Source: Methanothrix sp. (GTDB lineage: Archaea; Halobacteriota; Methanosarcinia; Methanotrichales; Methanotrichaceae). Taken from it: a DNA stretch of 64,000 nt. This document shows positions 61,567-64,000 of the stretch, piece after piece; the stretch's first letter is position 1, and every line of letters begins with the position of its first letter. Location of the stretch: positions 1,984,001-2,048,000 of the forward strand of contig OY821645.1 of the NCBI GenBank assembly GCA_963682135.1. The letters run 5' to 3'. The notes under the pieces were generated by a model, which was not told the origin of the DNA, did not search any database, and worked only from the letters and a program-made list of their open reading frames with translations. Made by a program: the position numbers and the translations under genes.

Positions 61567-62253
61567 TTATGCATTTGTGGGTGCAGTCACTGGCAGGCTT
61601 TGAGCGACCTGCTGAGTTTGAGCCGTCTGCTGGGCAGATGCGGAAGAAGCCAGCGGTGATAGCATGCTGCCGAAGGCCACACCCGGCTGGGTTATTCCCT
61701 GTGATGTGAAGATGTACTCTCCATCCATGGTGCCTGGTTTAATTGTAAGGCTGAAGCGATACATATTCTGACTGCCGGTCGGGACCACAAATAATGCCAG
61801 CCGGTCACCCAATATGCTGCCTCCCACGGTAACGGGTGTTACTATTCCGTTAGCTGCCAGCTCTCCAGATCCAAATACTGCATCCGCAGTCTGATAAAGA
61901 TCGATCTTGAGGTAGCTCTTATCAATGTCATTAAGGGTAAATGCCCAGCTTCCTGCCGCCGGAGCGACACCTAATACGACAACCGGTGTCCTGACTCCTT
62001 TGCCCGGAACATGGGGGCTCATGCCTGTATCCTTTCTTATTGTAAACAAGCTCTCGTTTCGAAAAGACAGAGCAGAATCAGCCGGATTATCATAGGGGCC
62101 TACCTCTTGCACTTCCTGATAAATTTGGCGCCCAGACATATCCTCTGCGGGATACTCCGCCTCAACCTCTTCATTCTTTGGGCCCAGCGCGAAGGCAGTC
62201 ATGCAAAGACATGCCACAAAGGCCAAAGCTATTATCGCACACTTAAATCCCAT
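61567..62253 (-). CDS. Secreted hypothetical protein, beta-barrel family paralog of 41044-41628
   Basis: Signal peptide; GSWAFTL..IDLYQ..VFGSG..GS..GDRL.LFV..YRF.L..GEY pattern. Confidence 0.75.
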   Translation of the reverse strand: MGFKCAIIALAFVACLCMTAFALGPKNEEVEAEYPAEDMSGRQIYQEVQEVGPYDNPADSALSFRNESLFTIRKDTGMSPHVPGKGVRTPVVVLGVAPAAGSWAFTLNDIDKSYLKIDLYQTADAVFGSGELAANGIVTPVTVGGSILGDRLALFVVPTGSQNMYRFSLTIKPGTMDGEYIFTSQGITQPGVAFGSMLSPLASSASAQQTAQTQQVAQSLPVTAPTNA

Positions 62254-62330
62254 TCTCCTAATACCTCCGCACTCTAAATCAAGCGCCGAGGTCTTAAAGT
62301 TAACCCCTCTTTTTTGAAAAAAAAAGATGA

Positions 62331-64000
62331 TCAGATTATCTCATATAGGGCCGCAGGCTCCATCAGAGGATTTTCATCGATATCGGCGCCTATGTTGTGA
62401 TACAGATCGCTGATGCCGTCATTATTGTCGTCCAACATTCGCGTCCCATGCCAGTAGTTTCCCAGGCGATTCTTGAAGGTCTTTCCTTGGAATCGATAGG
62501 AAAGTGCCTGGGGAGAATTCCAGGAGTTGATTGAAATAAATGAATTAACGTCTTGAGAATTATTTATAAACGAATTTAAATAGATCTCATTTTCGCTGGA
62601 TTGCTGAGGATACACCCCCTCATCCAAATGAATACCTTCATTGTTTTGGCGAATATCATTGAAGTACAGCTGGTTGAAACTGCAATTGACCATTTTTATG
62701 CCCTGACGAGAGTCATGGACACTGTTGCCTGTGATATTGCACCTCGTAGAGCTGATTAGACTGATACTCGCATCTTTGCTCGTTGCTATATTTTTCTCTA
62801 AAGTGTTCTGTATAGACGAGACAATTATTATGCCTTCATTGTTCTCTGACAGTTCATTGGATTGTATAATATTATTGGGGGATTGGTCCAGATTTATGCC
62901 GATATTGCTGCGCAGGATGTTGTTTTCGCAAAAGCTATTGTGATTTGATGCTTGGAGCATGATGCCATTATCATTATCTTGCAGATGATTGCGGGAGAGA
63001 TTATTATCCCTACTGTGCACCAGGTGAATTCCCTCCGGGCAATCATAAATATCATTCTCTCGAAGGTTATTCCGTTGGGACAAGTTAAGATATATGCCCC
63101 GAGCGGTATTCTTGCTGATATCATTCTCTGCAATGGTATTGTTGTTCGCCTCAAAAACCAGGATGCCAAAATTGCACCCGCTCACAACGTTCTCTATAAG
63201 CAGATTTTCTTCGCTGGTGCCAAAGATCGCAACTCCATTTGGATTCTTATGAATTGTGTTATTTTCTAATATATTTCTGCTCGAATTCGTGATCTGTATT
63301 CCCTGATCAAAATTAGCGAATACCCGATTTTCAGTGAAGTTGTTTAGAGATGATTCTTCAAAGTATGCGCCGCTACCTGTGGTTACATTGCTAAATGAGT
63401 TTCTCAAAATGAGGTTATTATTGGAAGAGATAAGGTGAATACCATATTGCTTATTGAGGTCTGCATCGTTGTTCTCGAAACGATTTTCATGGGAATAAAA
63501 GAGGGTGATTCCGCTTCCGTCATTATTTTCCAGGTTATTATTTTTGAATTTGTTGCCTTGGGAATCCCAAAGATAGATGGCATAGTCATTCTTGAATGCG
63601 GTGTTATTAGTGATATCATTGCCTTGTGATAAATATGGATAAATGCCGTAGTCGTTATTAACTGCAGTGTTGTTATGTATATAATTATTATCTGCGTTTG
63701 ATAAAACAATTCCATAATCGTTGGTGATTATAGCATTATTTTCTACGAAGTTATCCCTGGATTGGAACAATTTAATGCCTATTCCCATATTTTCGCTGGC
63801 ATTATTATTAATAATTGTATTTTTAGTAGAATTAATGATCATAACACCTACCTGATTATTTTCGAAGAGACTGTTATTCGAGATTGTATTTCTCGCTGCT
63901 GAAAAGATAACCAATCCTCCCAGGTAGTTATCATCTATTTCGTTAGAGTCGATTGTGTTATTTCCCGAAGACACAAAAATGCCGATTGCGTTGCCCTTTA
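62331..64000 (-). CDS. NosD/CASH-type parallel beta-helix surface protein (5' part outside the window)
   Basis: About 22-aa repeats GI.L..S.NN.I..N...N and C-terminal GNYW..DDNNDGISD..D..PL; the frame stays open to position 64000. Confidence 0.88.
   Translation of the reverse strand, partial: KGNAIGIFVSSGNNTIDSNEIDDNYLGGLVIFSAARNTISNNSLFENNQVGVMIINSTKNTIINNNASENMGIGIKLFQSRDNFVENNAIITNDYGIVLSNADNNYIHNNTAVNNDYGIYPYLSQGNDITNNTAFKNDYAIYLWDSQGNKFKNNNLENNDGSGITLFYSHENRFENNDADLNKQYGIHLISSNNNLILRNSFSNVTTGSGAYFEESSLNNFTENRVFANFDQGIQITNSSRNILENNTIHKNPNGVAIFGTSEENLLIENVVSGCNFGILVFEANNNTIAENDISKNTARGIYLNLSQRNNLRENDIYDCPEGIHLVHSRDNNLSRNHLQDNDNGIMLQASNHNSFCENNILRSNIGINLDQSPNNIIQSNELSENNEGIIIVSSIQNTLEKNIATSKDASISLISSTRCNITGNSVHDSRQGIKMVNCSFNQLYFNDIRQNNEGIHLDEGVYPQQSSENEIYLNSFINNSQDVNSFISINSWNSPQALSYRFQGKTFKNRLGNYWHGTRMLDDNNDGISDLYHNIGADIDENPLMEPAALYEII

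Overview
Archaeal chromosomal window, most consistent with a Methanothrix (Methanosaeta)-type methanogen. Evidence: archaeal SRP54 and dUTPase, BRE/TATA promoters, CCA-less tRNAs, bacterial-type gyrBA and xseAB, and many secreted lineage-specific proteins; the genus call is inference. From left to right the window holds: an AT-rich edge with a membrane-protein/Panacea (DUF4065) toxin-antitoxin-like pair and an orphan GvpU-like gene; xseBA; an 18.5 kb gene for a 6159-aa secreted adhesin-like protein (about 14 DUF11/Ig-like domains, 29 SdrD-B-like domains and a C-terminal module); cbiMNQO; a hybrid histidine kinase; a run of secreted paralogous proteins; tRNA-Leu(TAA), dut, srp54, a secreted amidohydrolase, tRNA-Cys(GCA) and gyrBA; a four-gene two-component cluster with a wHTH gene; paaK plus an ACT gene; and a truncated beta-helix gene. 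The best candidate for an undescribed system is the giant protein. It has no membrane or sortase anchor, but its C-terminus carries two copies of a beta-rich domain that also occurs as two stand-alone secreted proteins in this window (32822-33472 and 38089-39018). That module holds about 19 N-glycosylation sequons, whereas I found none in the roughly 5,300-aa passenger. This suggests surface display by co-assembly into the cell sheath or envelope, which is a hypothesis to test.
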